Shown: in pieces, positions 24,004-24,205 of the stretch
Layout: each line of letters starts with the position of its first letter
Numbering within the stretch: the stretch's first letter is position 1
IMG/VR virus record: IMGVR_UViG_3300035703_000051
From: an uncultured virus (IMG/VR IMGVR_UViG_3300035703_000051)
Taxonomy: Duplodnaviria; Heunggongvirae; Uroviricota; Caudoviricetes
DNA length: 24,205 nucleotides
Reading direction: 5' to 3' (one strand)
The notes under the pieces: generated by a model
Told to the model about the DNA's origin: nothing
Databases searched by the model: none
What the model saw: the letters and a program-made list of their open reading frames with translations, nothing else
Translations under genes and position numbers: made by a program

Positions 24004-24194
24004 TGCAGATTTTGATCAACCGCATTCGTTTCTGGTTGACTAAGCGTTGCGCTGACTGCGATGGTCCTATTGGTCAGGATAAAGGTCCGCCTGATGGATG
24101 GCAACTAGAGGACGGTAGAACCGTTTGCCACGCCTGTTGCGTTGCAGATTTCAGGAAGATCTTGGATAAAACTTTAAGCCAACACCCATCGTAG
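24003..24194 (+). CDS. Small Cys-rich (Zn-finger-like) protein
   Basis: CADC...CHAC motifs. Confidence 0.65.
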   Translation: MQILINRIRFWLTKRCADCDGPIGQDKGPPDGWQLEDGRTVCHACCVADFRKILDKTLSQHPS

Positions 24195-24205
24195 CCGCTT
24201 CCACT

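Overview
Segment of a tailed dsDNA phage genome, most likely a cyanophage of picocyanobacteria (inferred from a DUF4278-type gene with an NtcA-like box, tRNA-Leu(TAA), thyX and SD-less leaders). 1-12215 (minus strand) is a late module: terminase large subunit preceded by many Ala/Gly/Gln-rich, partly hydrophobic ORFs that look like internal virion/ejection proteins. No portal, capsid or tail gene is recognisable. After an AT-rich strand-switch region (about 12216-12845), the plus strand carries an early/middle region of small ORFs, a PcfJ-like protein, tRNA-Leu, an NrdR-type Zn ribbon, three free-standing nucleases (GIY-YIG, HNH, EndoVII) and thyX. The most striking feature is that many early intergenic spacers share one grammar: stop codon, then a structured element, then a G-free ACTCAAC-type leader, then ATG. 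At least three recurring element families are visible: T7 RNase III-like bulged stems with an alternative pairing, covarying CTGGGC...GTGTAAGTCCCAG T-loop elements, and compact H-type pseudoknots. One copy has been invaded by an antisense GIY-YIG gene. All calls are by eye; no database searches or folding programs were run.
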